The position numbers were made by a program, and so were the translations under genes. Positions 25,766 to 34,065 of a DNA stretch of 64,000 nucleotides are shown in pieces. Source of the stretch: Elusimicrobiota bacterium (GTDB taxonomy: Bacteria > Elusimicrobiota > Elusimicrobia > Elusimicrobiales > UBA9959); contig JACQYT010000080.1 of NCBI GenBank assembly GCA_016208085.1, positions 56,514-120,513 on the forward strand, given 5' to 3'. Below the pieces are notes generated by a model, which had not been told where the DNA came from, searched no databases, and saw nothing but the letters and a program-made list of their open reading frames with translations. Position 1 is the first letter of the stretch; the number at the start of each line of letters is the position of its first letter.

Positions 25766-27067
25766 ATGGTAAAAAAAGGATTTGTCGTACTAGCTGTCCT
25801 GTCTATGCTTGGTTCAGGGAGCGTTTATGCCGGCCGGGAGGGAAGCACGATCGCCCAATTTCTGAAAATCGGAAGCGGCGCAAGGCTGGCTGCGCTGGGA
25901 GAAAGCTTCGTCGGAATCGCGGACGACGCCGATTCGCTTTATTGGAACCCGGCCGGGCTTGCCAATATTTCGTCTTTGGAAGCCACGGCAAGCGGCGCCA
26001 TGCTCTATGAGGGCATTTTTTACGGCTTCATCGGGGCGGCCGGCAAGGCCGAGAAACTGGGCGGCGCGGTCGGCCTGAGTGTGACCCATCTGGGCATGAG
26101 CGAAATGACGGGATTTGACGCGTCGGGCAACCCGGCGCCGGATTATGGCGCGCATGACCTCGCGGTGGCCATATCCTATGGCCGAAAAGTCAAGCCCGGC
26201 GTTCTGGTCGGCGGCAATATAAAGTCCATCCGCCAGAAAATTGAAAATGAATCCGCTGCCGGGTTTGGAGCGGATATAGGCGGGCTCTATGTTCTGGATA
26301 AAACAAGCGTTGGAATCGCAATCCGCAACATGGGTACATCCATGGGATTTCATGAAAAGTCCGCTCTGCCGCTTTTAATAACGCTCGGCGCCTCCCACAG
26401 GTTACGGCCGGATTTGCTGCTTTGTTCGGACCTTAACCTGCCTTTTGATTATCATGCCAGCCTCCATCTTGGGGGAGAATACTTGTACAGAGAGGCGGTT
26501 ACTTTTCGTGCAGGGCTAAGGACCACAAATATCAGCGCGCTGGGCCTGGTTTCCGCGCTTAGCGTTGGAGTAGGGCTGAAAATAAAGAGCGTAAACTTTG
26601 ATTACGCGCTTCTGCCTTATGGAAACCTGGGAACCGCCCACCGAATCTCAATCAGCAATAAATTCGGCCAGATTCATTCCGGCAGCGCAGATGCCCGGGG
26701 ATCAGCGCGGGCATCGGGAGGGTCCGAGCCCATGGAATCCAAGCCGAAAGCCCAATTCCCCCAGCAACCTGCAGCCGCCCGGCCCGCTGCTCCTGCCCAG
26801 CCTGTTGAACCGAAGACTTCCGATCAACCTGCCGCGGCTGCCGCCGAGACAGCCAAGCCGGAGGAACAAAAGTCTGCAGAACAAATTACACTGTCAACAC
26901 CGACCGTATCGGAGACTGAGATAACAAAGCCAGCCCCGGCCATACCACAAGTCACTCTGCCGGCAGAGCCTGAAAAACCACCAAAGCCTGTTGAAATACC
27001 CGCCGCCCCGGCAGAAGCATCGCCGTCTCCAGCTCCATCCCAGGCTCCAACAACTCCTGGCCAGTAG
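25766..27067 (+). CDS. PorV/PorQ-family outer-membrane beta-barrel protein with a long Pro/Ala/Glu-rich C-terminal tail
   Basis: Signal peptide, then FLKIGSGARLAALGESFVGIADDADSLYWNPAGLANI (the PorV-family N-terminal signature). Alternating beta-strand pattern up to ~aa 300. The last ~125 aa are low-complexity PAAAPAQPVEPK... Confidence 0.7.
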   Translation: MVKKGFVVLAVLSMLGSGSVYAGREGSTIAQFLKIGSGARLAALGESFVGIADDADSLYWNPAGLANISSLEATASGAMLYEGIFYGFIGAAGKAEKLGGAVGLSVTHLGMSEMTGFDASGNPAPDYGAHDLAVAISYGRKVKPGVLVGGNIKSIRQKIENESAAGFGADIGGLYVLDKTSVGIAIRNMGTSMGFHEKSALPLLITLGASHRLRPDLLLCSDLNLPFDYHASLHLGGEYLYREAVTFRAGLRTTNISALGLVSALSVGVGLKIKSVNFDYALLPYGNLGTAHRISISNKFGQIHSGSADARGSARASGGSEPMESKPKAQFPQQPAAARPAAPAQPVEPKTSDQPAAAAAETAKPEEQKSAEQITLSTPTVSETEITKPAPAIPQVTLPAEPEKPPKPVEIPAAPAEASPSPAPSQAPTTPGQ

Positions 27068-27106
27068 GGCGTCATTGGGAAGATTTTGTCGAAAAGCGAA
27101 CGAACA

Positions 27107-27178
27107 CCCGAAAATTTCAGAGGATATTTTTATTCCTCAAGTTGTCAATACAAATCGATATTAATTGAAATTTTCGGG
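27107..27178. terminator. Long hairpin between convergent genes (13-bp arms CCCGAAAATTTCA / TGAAATTTTCGGG)
   Basis: Arms at 27107..27119 and 27166..27178 enclose an inner GAGGA..TCCTC hairpin and are preceded by the GCGAACGAACA head of the repeat family. The element abuts the aroA stop. Confidence 0.5.
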
Positions 27179-28420
27179 TTAATGGAATATTTTTTTAAAG
27201 TCTTTGAAGAATGCCGGGTAGGATTTTTTTACGCAGCCGGGGTTCTTTATTTTAACGGGTTTCGCCGCAAGTATCGCCCCCACGGCGGCCGTCATCGCTA
27301 TGCGGTGGTCGTTGAACGTGTCAACGGCCCTGCCGCCGGCTATCGTCTGCGGGCCCTTGATCACAAGGCTGTCTTTGCCTGCTCCGGCCTTCAGGCCCAG
27401 GGACATGAAAAGCGCCAGGGTGGCCCGTATCCTGTCCGATTCTTTGAGTTTCAGTTCTCCGATCCCGTTTATGACGGTCGTGCCGCTGGCGCGGGCGGCT
27501 AAAAGCGCCAGCAGCGGCAACTCATCCACCATGGCCGGCACTTCGCCCGGCCGTATCCGGATGCCTTTGAGCCGTGAACTCAAAACCGTAAGGTCACCGG
27601 CCGGTTCAGGCGCATAATGCGTCTTTCTGACGGATATTTTCGCGCCCATTGCTTTAAGTATTTTTACCAGGCCGGTCCTGCCGGGGTTCAGTCCGACATT
27701 TTTTATCGTGAGCCTGAAGCCTTCCAGCAGGCAGGCCGCGGCCATAAAAGGCGCGGCCGAAGAGAGGTCTCCCGGCACGCGTATCTCTTTCGCCTTGAGC
27801 CGCCCCGGCTTTAAATAGATAGTCAGGCCGGCCGCCGAGATACGGGCGCCGAGATGTTTAAGCAGGCGCTCCGTATGGTCGCGGGTCCGGAAGCGCCCGG
27901 TTATGGAGGTGGCGCCTTGCGCGTAAAGAGCGGCCAGCAGTATCGCCGATTTTATCTGCGCGCTGGGGACCGTGAGCCTATGAGCCGCGCCTTTTAAAGC
28001 GGAGCCTGAGATATATATCGGCGCTCTGCCGCCGGAAAGGCGGATTTTGGCGCCCATAAGTTCAAGCGGCGCCGCTACCCTGGACATGGGTCTTTTTAAA
28101 AGGGAGTCTTCGCCGGTTATAGCCGAATCAAAATCCTGGCCGGCCAGCAGGCCGCTCAGCAGGCGCAGGGTAGTGCCGGACGCGCCGGCATTAAGAGTCC
28201 CTGTCGGTTTTTTCAGGCCGCCAAGCCCCAAGCCTTTTACCAGCAGGCGGTTTTTTGAAGCGGAAATCCCGACCCCGAGTTTTTTCAGGCAGGCGGCGGT
28301 GGCCAGCGTGTCTTCGCAGAGCGAGGGGTTGTCTACGCGCGTGTTCCCGTCCGCTATGGCGGCGAGTAGCAGCGCCCTGTGGGTTATGGCCTTGTCCGGC
28401 GGCGGAATATAAGGTTTCAT
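27179..28420 (-). CDS. aroA: 3-phosphoshikimate 1-carboxyvinyltransferase (EPSP synthase)
   Basis: MKPYIPPPDKAITHRALLLAAIADGNTRV, LNAGASGTTLRLL, and the C-terminal DHRIAMTAAV. The start is trimmed by 40 codons because the track extension is a read-through of the repeat 28421..28540. Confidence 0.9.
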   Translation of the reverse strand: MKPYIPPPDKAITHRALLLAAIADGNTRVDNPSLCEDTLATAACLKKLGVGISASKNRLLVKGLGLGGLKKPTGTLNAGASGTTLRLLSGLLAGQDFDSAITGEDSLLKRPMSRVAAPLELMGAKIRLSGGRAPIYISGSALKGAAHRLTVPSAQIKSAILLAALYAQGATSITGRFRTRDHTERLLKHLGARISAAGLTIYLKPGRLKAKEIRVPGDLSSAAPFMAAACLLEGFRLTIKNVGLNPGRTGLVKILKAMGAKISVRKTHYAPEPAGDLTVLSSRLKGIRIRPGEVPAMVDELPLLALLAARASGTTVINGIGELKLKESDRIRATLALFMSLGLKAGAGKDSLVIKGPQTIAGGRAVDTFNDHRIAMTAAVGAILAAKPVKIKNPGCVKKSYPAFFKDFKKIFH

Positions 28421-28601
28421 AAGTTGACAAGTTGATAAGTAGGGGAAGTTGATAAAGCGGGGGACAGTTGACAAGGCTGGGGAAGTTGATAAGTAAGGGA
28501 GTGATTTACTCTGTTCACTTATCAACTTGTTGTTTCCCACTTGTCAACTTATCAACCGCCGGTTTCACTTGCCAACTGTTGTTCCCCACTTTGTCAACTA
28601 G
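28421..28601. repeat. ~180-bp imperfect palindrome built from 5 + 5 inverted copies of AGTTGAYAA / TTRTCAACT
   Basis: The left arm has 5 copies of AGTTGA(C/T)AA separated by G-rich spacers. The right arm has 5 copies of the complement. The centre lies near 28505. Confidence 0.85.
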
Positions 28602-31448
28602 TCAATTGGAGCGAAGCAAAAACCTTGCACTAGATTTATAAAACGACTTACATATTATTAAAATAAGTCCAAGCAAAGTTATAAGTAAGATCAAACTTGG
28701 TTCTGTCATTCGTTGAGTGTCTTCTCCTAAGTCTAACGATTGGTTGCTTAAAAGCAATTTGTCCTGTTTTTGTTTCAGAATCGCTTTTTGTGCTTCGTTT
28801 TCAACTACAATATATGAAGTTATAGGTGTCATTATTTTTGAGATAAAACTATGCTTGACTAAATTAAGCCATTCTTTGCCGGATGTTTCAGGATGGAAGG
28901 TTTGTGAAATCCATTTGCCTTGCATTATCAAACCTGTCTGCCAACTTTTTTCAATTATTTCCGAATTATTAACTTCAAATAATGTCTCCTTTAAAACAAT
29001 ACTCGGTTTATTGTGATTTGGTAAATAAGCTATTGGTTTTTGTTTGTTGGGATATGCCAATACCTTATGATTAAAATTTAACTCTAATGTGCCGGTAAGC
29101 GGTATTTTAGGATTTGACAATAAAGAATGAGATTCCAAACCCCATTTTTGGTTAATCACGTAGAACAAATTATTTTCAGGATAAGCTATTTTAAAATCGG
29201 AAAAGTCTTTTTCAATTATTGCATTTTCAATACTATCAGTTACTACCACAATAACAGGATAAGCATTGTTCCTGTCTTTATATGAATTAAATAAAACCGT
29301 CCTAATTGCTCTATCCAAAAAAAACCCGCCATCAAAAATCTGTTGGTCAAATTTCTGTCTCCAATTATTGTCTAAAGGAAGGCTGCGGGTATATGTGTTT
29401 GCAAAACTTATTTTGGCATTCTCCTTGCCAATTAGATTTTTACTTAACAGCGATTTAATTCTTTGAGCAAAATCTTCCTTAAAATTTTCTTTTCCAGATG
29501 AAATGTCAACTATAAAGTGATAATACGGCTTTCTCTGAATTTTTTTCAACGTTGTCTTTTCTTTTGCTGAAACATATACAATATTTTCATTTGAACTGGT
29601 AGTAGTTCTTATTTCTGAGTGCTCTTTGTAATTTCCTAATCTTAATGTGGTTCCATCAATAGTAATTTTAACCGGCTCTTGATGGATAAATTCTATTCCT
29701 GTTTTTCGAGTTTCACCTTTAGAAAACGGAAAAACTCTGAAAACCACTTTATTGCCTGACAGATAATGTAAAATACCAGGGTCCCTATTTTCATTTCTGA
29801 TTTGTGAGAATACCCATATTGCAGATTTTTTCTCCGCTAATATACCCATTTCCTTTTTATTTCCAACATATAAGTAATAATCGCTAATCCAACATCCGAT
29901 GGGCAGTTCAATTGTTGTGGCATATTCTGAAAGCTGGGTGGTTTCACTATGATTTGTAATTTCTAAATCCATCCAACTTGTCCAAGCATTTTGTTTTTCG
30001 TCAAAAGTGCTGCTTGAATTTATCTTTGAGATTTTGACTTGAGTATTGCCGATGTTTTCAGCCCGCAATTTAAATGAGGTTTTGCCGTAAAAAACATTTT
30101 CAATAGTGTTAATCTTTGAATCAGACAGGGTAAGGTTGTCTAAAACCAGCCAATTAAAATAAGAAGACAGATAAGGGATTTGTTTTTCAAAAAGCAAATT
30201 TAAATTTCTGTCTTTGTGATATTTGACTACATCTAGTGTTTTTGAAAGAGAGATTTTGTCAATGTTATAGGTTTTAGAATAGTCCGGTTTATACAAGTAC
30301 TCAAGCGTTTCGTTTAATGCGCGTCTGTCCATTAAATAAGTGGCTGTGATAAATAGTGGTAATACAAAAAAACCTGCTACTGAAAGGAATACCGCTAATT
30401 TTTTAGATAGATAGGTTTGTGGGAATTTATAGTCATTTAAAAGTTCGTTTAAATGGATAATAAAAAGCGCCAACGGCGTAAGCATTAAGAAGCCTGTCCC
30501 GACAGCAGCAATTGCAATGATTGAAAATGGCAAAAAGGGCAGGAAAACCAAGAAAAAATAAAAGGTAAAAGCAAACGTTAAACTCCTTCCTGCAAAAAGA
30601 AATAGTCTATACAATTTATTCTGCGAATTCGGCAGGCAAATAAGCAATCCATTTATTACTGCAAGAATGTAAAACCAGATATTGCTAAAATCACCGAAAG
30701 TGCCTGAATTTTCAACTCCAAATTTATTAAAAAAATATTCCTTGTTATTTAATGCTAAACCTAAAAGTGGAAATATAAGAGCAATGGGGATTTTCCAAGC
30801 CAACTGATATTTAACCCACATAGCGGCTTTTTTAAGACCCAGGATGTAAATCCCCCTAATTAAAAAGAATAAGAAGATAAGTGTCGCGATAATTGCCAGA
30901 ATAACCATCGCGTGCATGCTAAAATTTGAATCAACAGGTTTCCACAAGGGGAATATTAGTTGGGTAAATAAATACCAGGAAATAGGAATAATTAGCGCTA
31001 TTAAAAAATTCTTCCAAACCTTTTGTTCTTTATTCTCAGGCGTTAGAAGTGCAACAAGTGTAAAGAGAGAATATGCAAGTGTCGGCATTAAGAAGGTTCC
31101 GACATACAAGATCATATTTGTTGGAACCATCCATTGCGGGATATCAAAAGGGATTATTACATCAAAATAATTTCCATAGAGATATAAGAATGATATGTAA
31201 CTTAACAATGCTGTAATGGAATAGAATGCCGAAACTTCTTTCTTCTTAATTACAAGGTCAACAGCATAAATAAAATTGAGCGTGCCCAATATCGCTAATG
31301 TGCCGCCAAATTTTTTCCAAAGACCTATGCTCTCAGCCGATAAAAGACTTTTGATAATATTGTATTCTCCCAAAAAGATAGCGAACAGTATTCCGATTGG
31401 AATAGCATTGATTATAAACAACCATTTTGGATTAAGTGAGTTTCGCAT
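28602..31448 (-). CDS. MSEP-CTERM-type exosortase substrate: polytopic membrane N-terminus plus a VIT-like/extracytoplasmic domain plus a C-terminal sorting signal
   Basis: 948 aa. There are ~12 predicted TM helices in the first ~370 aa. The C-terminus is MTEPSLILLITLLGLILIICKSFYKSSARFLLRSN (M-T/S-E-P, a TM helix, then a basic tail). Strongly AT-rich. Confidence 0.7.
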   Translation of the reverse strand: MRNSLNPKWLFIINAIPIGILFAIFLGEYNIIKSLLSAESIGLWKKFGGTLAILGTLNFIYAVDLVIKKKEVSAFYSITALLSYISFLYLYGNYFDVIIPFDIPQWMVPTNMILYVGTFLMPTLAYSLFTLVALLTPENKEQKVWKNFLIALIIPISWYLFTQLIFPLWKPVDSNFSMHAMVILAIIATLIFLFFLIRGIYILGLKKAAMWVKYQLAWKIPIALIFPLLGLALNNKEYFFNKFGVENSGTFGDFSNIWFYILAVINGLLICLPNSQNKLYRLFLFAGRSLTFAFTFYFFLVFLPFLPFSIIAIAAVGTGFLMLTPLALFIIHLNELLNDYKFPQTYLSKKLAVFLSVAGFFVLPLFITATYLMDRRALNETLEYLYKPDYSKTYNIDKISLSKTLDVVKYHKDRNLNLLFEKQIPYLSSYFNWLVLDNLTLSDSKINTIENVFYGKTSFKLRAENIGNTQVKISKINSSSTFDEKQNAWTSWMDLEITNHSETTQLSEYATTIELPIGCWISDYYLYVGNKKEMGILAEKKSAIWVFSQIRNENRDPGILHYLSGNKVVFRVFPFSKGETRKTGIEFIHQEPVKITIDGTTLRLGNYKEHSEIRTTTSSNENIVYVSAKEKTTLKKIQRKPYYHFIVDISSGKENFKEDFAQRIKSLLSKNLIGKENAKISFANTYTRSLPLDNNWRQKFDQQIFDGGFFLDRAIRTVLFNSYKDRNNAYPVIVVVTDSIENAIIEKDFSDFKIAYPENNLFYVINQKWGLESHSLLSNPKIPLTGTLELNFNHKVLAYPNKQKPIAYLPNHNKPSIVLKETLFEVNNSEIIEKSWQTGLIMQGKWISQTFHPETSGKEWLNLVKHSFISKIMTPITSYIVVENEAQKAILKQKQDKLLLSNQSLDLGEDTQRMTEPSLILLITLLGLILIICKSFYKSSARFLLRSN

Positions 31449-31977
31449 TATGTCGTGTTAATTCAGTAAGTGTAAAATTAACCCCTAAATAAAAGATTAT
31501 CAGAAAAAAAAGGTAGATAAAAGTCCCTTCGGCTTGGTGTAACCAGGAAATGTGTCCGTCTGCCAGTTTCGCTCCTGATCTGTGTATAAAAACAGAAAAT
31601 AAAATTCTGGAAGTATTTGCAAAAATTGTAAAAATGTATGCGGCAAGCAGCGTAATTGGTAAAGCGGCTATTTTTCTGTTTCTGTCTTGTAAGAATTTAA
31701 TAACCGCGAATGCAAGCATTATAAAACACAATATCCAAAAGTTGAAACCTGAACAAGATTTGTCAATTACAACGTTCAGTTTATCGTGAAAATATCCACC
31801 GTCATTGACACAAATCGAGTTTGAGTTTGTAATTATTTCAATGATTTTGTCGGTTGGTTTAAGTAGAAAATAAAGGTCGGTATTGTCGGCAAGCGTATAA
31901 GCGAATTTTAAAAGTATAAAAACCGCTATCACTGTAAAATAGTATGGTGTATTTCTGTTCGCAGTCATTTTTGTCAA
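31432..31977 (-). CDS. Small exosortase-family transpeptidase (XrtK-like)
   Basis: The exosortase catalytic triad motifs are visible: IDKSCSGFNFW (Cys), FANTSRILF (Arg) and WLHQAEGTFIY (His). 181 aa and polytopic. It overlaps the substrate gene by 17 nt. Confidence 0.75.
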   Translation of the reverse strand: MTKMTANRNTPYYFTVIAVFILLKFAYTLADNTDLYFLLKPTDKIIEIITNSNSICVNDGGYFHDKLNVVIDKSCSGFNFWILCFIMLAFAVIKFLQDRNRKIAALPITLLAAYIFTIFANTSRILFSVFIHRSGAKLADGHISWLHQAEGTFIYLFFLIIFYLGVNFTLTELTRHNAKLT

Positions 31978-32409
31978 CTAGAACTTTCTGTTAAGGCAAA
32001 AATCAATAGCTTTGATGTATGAAATGGGTCCCAGGCCGCGTATCTGTCCGGCGCAGGCGGCTTTTGTCACCGAGAGCCGGCGGAACGGTTCCCTTTTCTT
32101 TATGTCGGAAAGATGCACCTCAACGGCCGGGAGCCCGGAGGCTTTTATGGCGTCCCTTATGGCGTAGCTGTAATGGGTGTACGCGGCGGGGTTTATTATA
32201 AGAGAGTCCGCCCAGTTTAAATTCCGCGCTATCAGGTCTATTATGCGGCCTTCGCAATTTGACTGGAATATCCTTGTTTTTACGCGTTTTGAGGCGGCAT
32301 ATTTTCTGATAAGGGCGTTCAGCTCTTTAAGCGTGAGCCTGCCGTATATTTCGGGCTCCCTTAAGCCCAGGAAATTAAGATTGGGGCCGTGGATTATAAG
32401 TATGTTCAT
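31978..32409 (-). CDS. aroQ: Type II 3-dehydroquinate dehydratase
   Basis: MNILIIHGPNLNFLGLREPEIYG is the type II DHQase N-terminus, and INPAAYTHYSYAIRDA is also present. The start is trimmed to Met7 because the track extension MRQKFL is a translated palindromic repeat. Confidence 0.9.
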   Translation of the reverse strand: MNILIIHGPNLNFLGLREPEIYGRLTLKELNALIRKYAASKRVKTRIFQSNCEGRIIDLIARNLNWADSLIINPAAYTHYSYAIRDAIKASGLPAVEVHLSDIKKREPFRRLSVTKAACAGQIRGLGPISYIKAIDFCLNRKF

Positions 32410-33557
32410 TAAAAATTTTTGTCGCAAAAATTTTTACCATACCCCGCCCGCAAGCCGCGGGGTAACCTTAATGCGGTCAGCGTTCCTTTAAGTATGCCGG
32501 GCGCGATATTGTTCACGGCCTTTATCCGCCCGGGCCGTTCTATCAGCAGGAACCGGTTTTTACCGGCTCCGGCTTTTTTATCATAGCAAATCAGCCTGTG
32601 AAAAGCGCGGAAGTCAAAGCATTTCGCGGCGAGCGGCGGGGCCTGCGTTTTCCATAATATGCCGGATACGGTTTTTTGATGCGCGGGTTTGAGGATTTTA
32701 AGTTTTATGGATAACAGGCACGCGTAGCGCATACCCCACAGCACGGCAGCCCCGTGCGCGAGGCGTCCGCCTGAGGCGGATTCAAAAGCGTGGCCGGCCG
32801 TATGGCCGAAATTTAAGCGTTCCCTTACGCCGGTCTTGTCCCGCTCGTCGCGCGCCGTCAGCGACAGCTTGAAATCCGCGCAGGCGCTCACCAGTTTCAC
32901 AAGGGCCGCCGTTTCGCCTTTCAGGGCGCGTCCGAGATTTTTAAGAACGCGGCGCCGCAAAGCCGCCGGCCCGATCAGCGCGTATTTCACCAGTTCGCCC
33001 GCGCCCGCGCTCAGCTCGTCCCGGCCCAGGGTTTGAAGAAAAGCGGCGTCGCAGACGGTCAGAGCGGGCTGGTAAAATGCGCCGGCCATATTCTTAATCC
33101 CGGCGAGGTCCACGGCCGTCTTCCCGCCGAGGCCCGCATCTATCTGGCCCAGAAAAGTGGTCGGCACGCTTATCCAGCTTATGCCGCGCATATAAAGAGA
33201 AGCCGCCAGGCCCGCCAGGTCAGTGACCGAGCCCCCGCCCGCCGCGATCAAAAGGGAGTTTCTTGAAAAGCCGCGCTTCAGCATGAACGAGAGGAGTTCT
33301 TCAAGCGCGCGGAAAGTTTTGGCGGGGCGTCCCGCCGGCAGGACGAAAATATGCGTTCCGGCCCGCCGCCGTCCCAGCATTTTTTTAAAGGTTCTTTTAA
33401 ATTTCTTCAGGCAGCCCCGGTCGGTCGCCAGGCAGATATGGCCGGCCCTGGCGAAAAGCTCCGGCGCCAGATCGGTAAGCGGCGGCAGATCCCGGCCGCA
33501 GACGGCCCGGACGGTCTTAGCGGTCTTTATATCGCGCTTTAAAAAAGTTTTTGTCAT
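32409..33557 (-). CDS. aroB: 3-dehydroquinate synthase
   Basis: AAGGGSVTDLAGLAAS glycine-rich NAD motif and the metal-binding H residues in NFGHTAGHAFE. There is a 1-nt stop/start overlap (TAATG) with aroQ. Confidence 0.85.
   Translation of the reverse strand: MTKTFLKRDIKTAKTVRAVCGRDLPPLTDLAPELFARAGHICLATDRGCLKKFKRTFKKMLGRRRAGTHIFVLPAGRPAKTFRALEELLSFMLKRGFSRNSLLIAAGGGSVTDLAGLAASLYMRGISWISVPTTFLGQIDAGLGGKTAVDLAGIKNMAGAFYQPALTVCDAAFLQTLGRDELSAGAGELVKYALIGPAALRRRVLKNLGRALKGETAALVKLVSACADFKLSLTARDERDKTGVRERLNFGHTAGHAFESASGGRLAHGAAVLWGMRYACLLSIKLKILKPAHQKTVSGILWKTQAPPLAAKCFDFRAFHRLICYDKKAGAGKNRFLLIERPGRIKAVNNIAPGILKGTLTALRLPRGLRAGYGKNFCDKNF
32411..32470. repeat. Two-hairpin repeat element (AAAAATTTTTGTCGCAAAAATTTTT + CCCCGC..GCGGGGTAACCTTA), copy 2 of 3, embedded in the aroB 3' end
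   Basis: Same architecture as 56696..56753 in the opposite orientation. It encodes the last ~20 aa and the stop of aroB, and it abuts the aroQ start codon. Confidence 0.8.
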
Positions 33558-34065
33558 GTTTTTTGACCGCGGCTTCTATTTTGGCTGCCGTCTGCGCCGG
33601 GGTTAAGAAAGAAACGTTTATTTGAATATACGCGCGTTCGTAGTAAGGCCGGCGGCTTTTAAGCAGGCGGCTTATGAGCGCCGGCCTTTTTTCAGGGTCC
33701 GTTCCCAGAAGCGGCCTTGAGCCGGGAGCTTCGGCCAGCCTTTTTAAAAGCTCTCTTTCAGAGCAGGCCAGATAGACCGTGACACCGGTGCGCGTTAAAA
33801 AGCCCCGCTTTTTTGTAAGCGTCACCCCGCCGCCCATAGCTACCACCTGGTTATCGGCGCGCGAAACATCCTTGAGAACGGAGTCCTCAAGCCGCCGGAA
33901 CGCTTTAAGCCCGCGCTTACTTATTATATCCGCGGCGCTCAGGTCCGAGGCTTTCTTCACCTCGGCGTCGGTGTCTTTGAAGGCCAATCCCGTTTTCCCG
34001 GCCAGCCGCCGTCCGGCCGAATTCTTGCCGGCGCCCATAAAGCCGAGGAGATATATGTTCTTCAT
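33517..34065 (-). CDS. aroK: Shikimate kinase
   Basis: MKNIYLLGFMGAGKNSAGRRLA Walker A. The start is trimmed to give a 4-nt overlap with aroC. Confidence 0.85.
   Translation of the reverse strand: MKNIYLLGFMGAGKNSAGRRLAGKTGLAFKDTDAEVKKASDLSAADIISKRGLKAFRRLEDSVLKDVSRADNQVVAMGGGVTLTKKRGFLTRTGVTVYLACSERELLKRLAEAPGSRPLLGTDPEKRPALISRLLKSRRPYYERAYIQINVSFLTPAQTAAKIEAAVKKHDKNFFKARYKDR

Noticed and set aside
26598-27075. Overlapping ORFs on both strands in the 3' part of the PorV-like gene
   Set aside because: They are produced by the Pro/Ala-rich low-complexity coding tract. The PorV-like frame is continuous from its signal peptide, so the alternatives are shadows.
28421-28540. 40-codon N-terminal extension of aroA in the ORF track (MGNNKLISEQSKSLPYLSTS...)
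   Set aside because: It is a translation of the AGTTGAYAA word palindrome. The conserved EPSP synthase N-terminus begins at MKPYIPPPDK (ATG at 28420).
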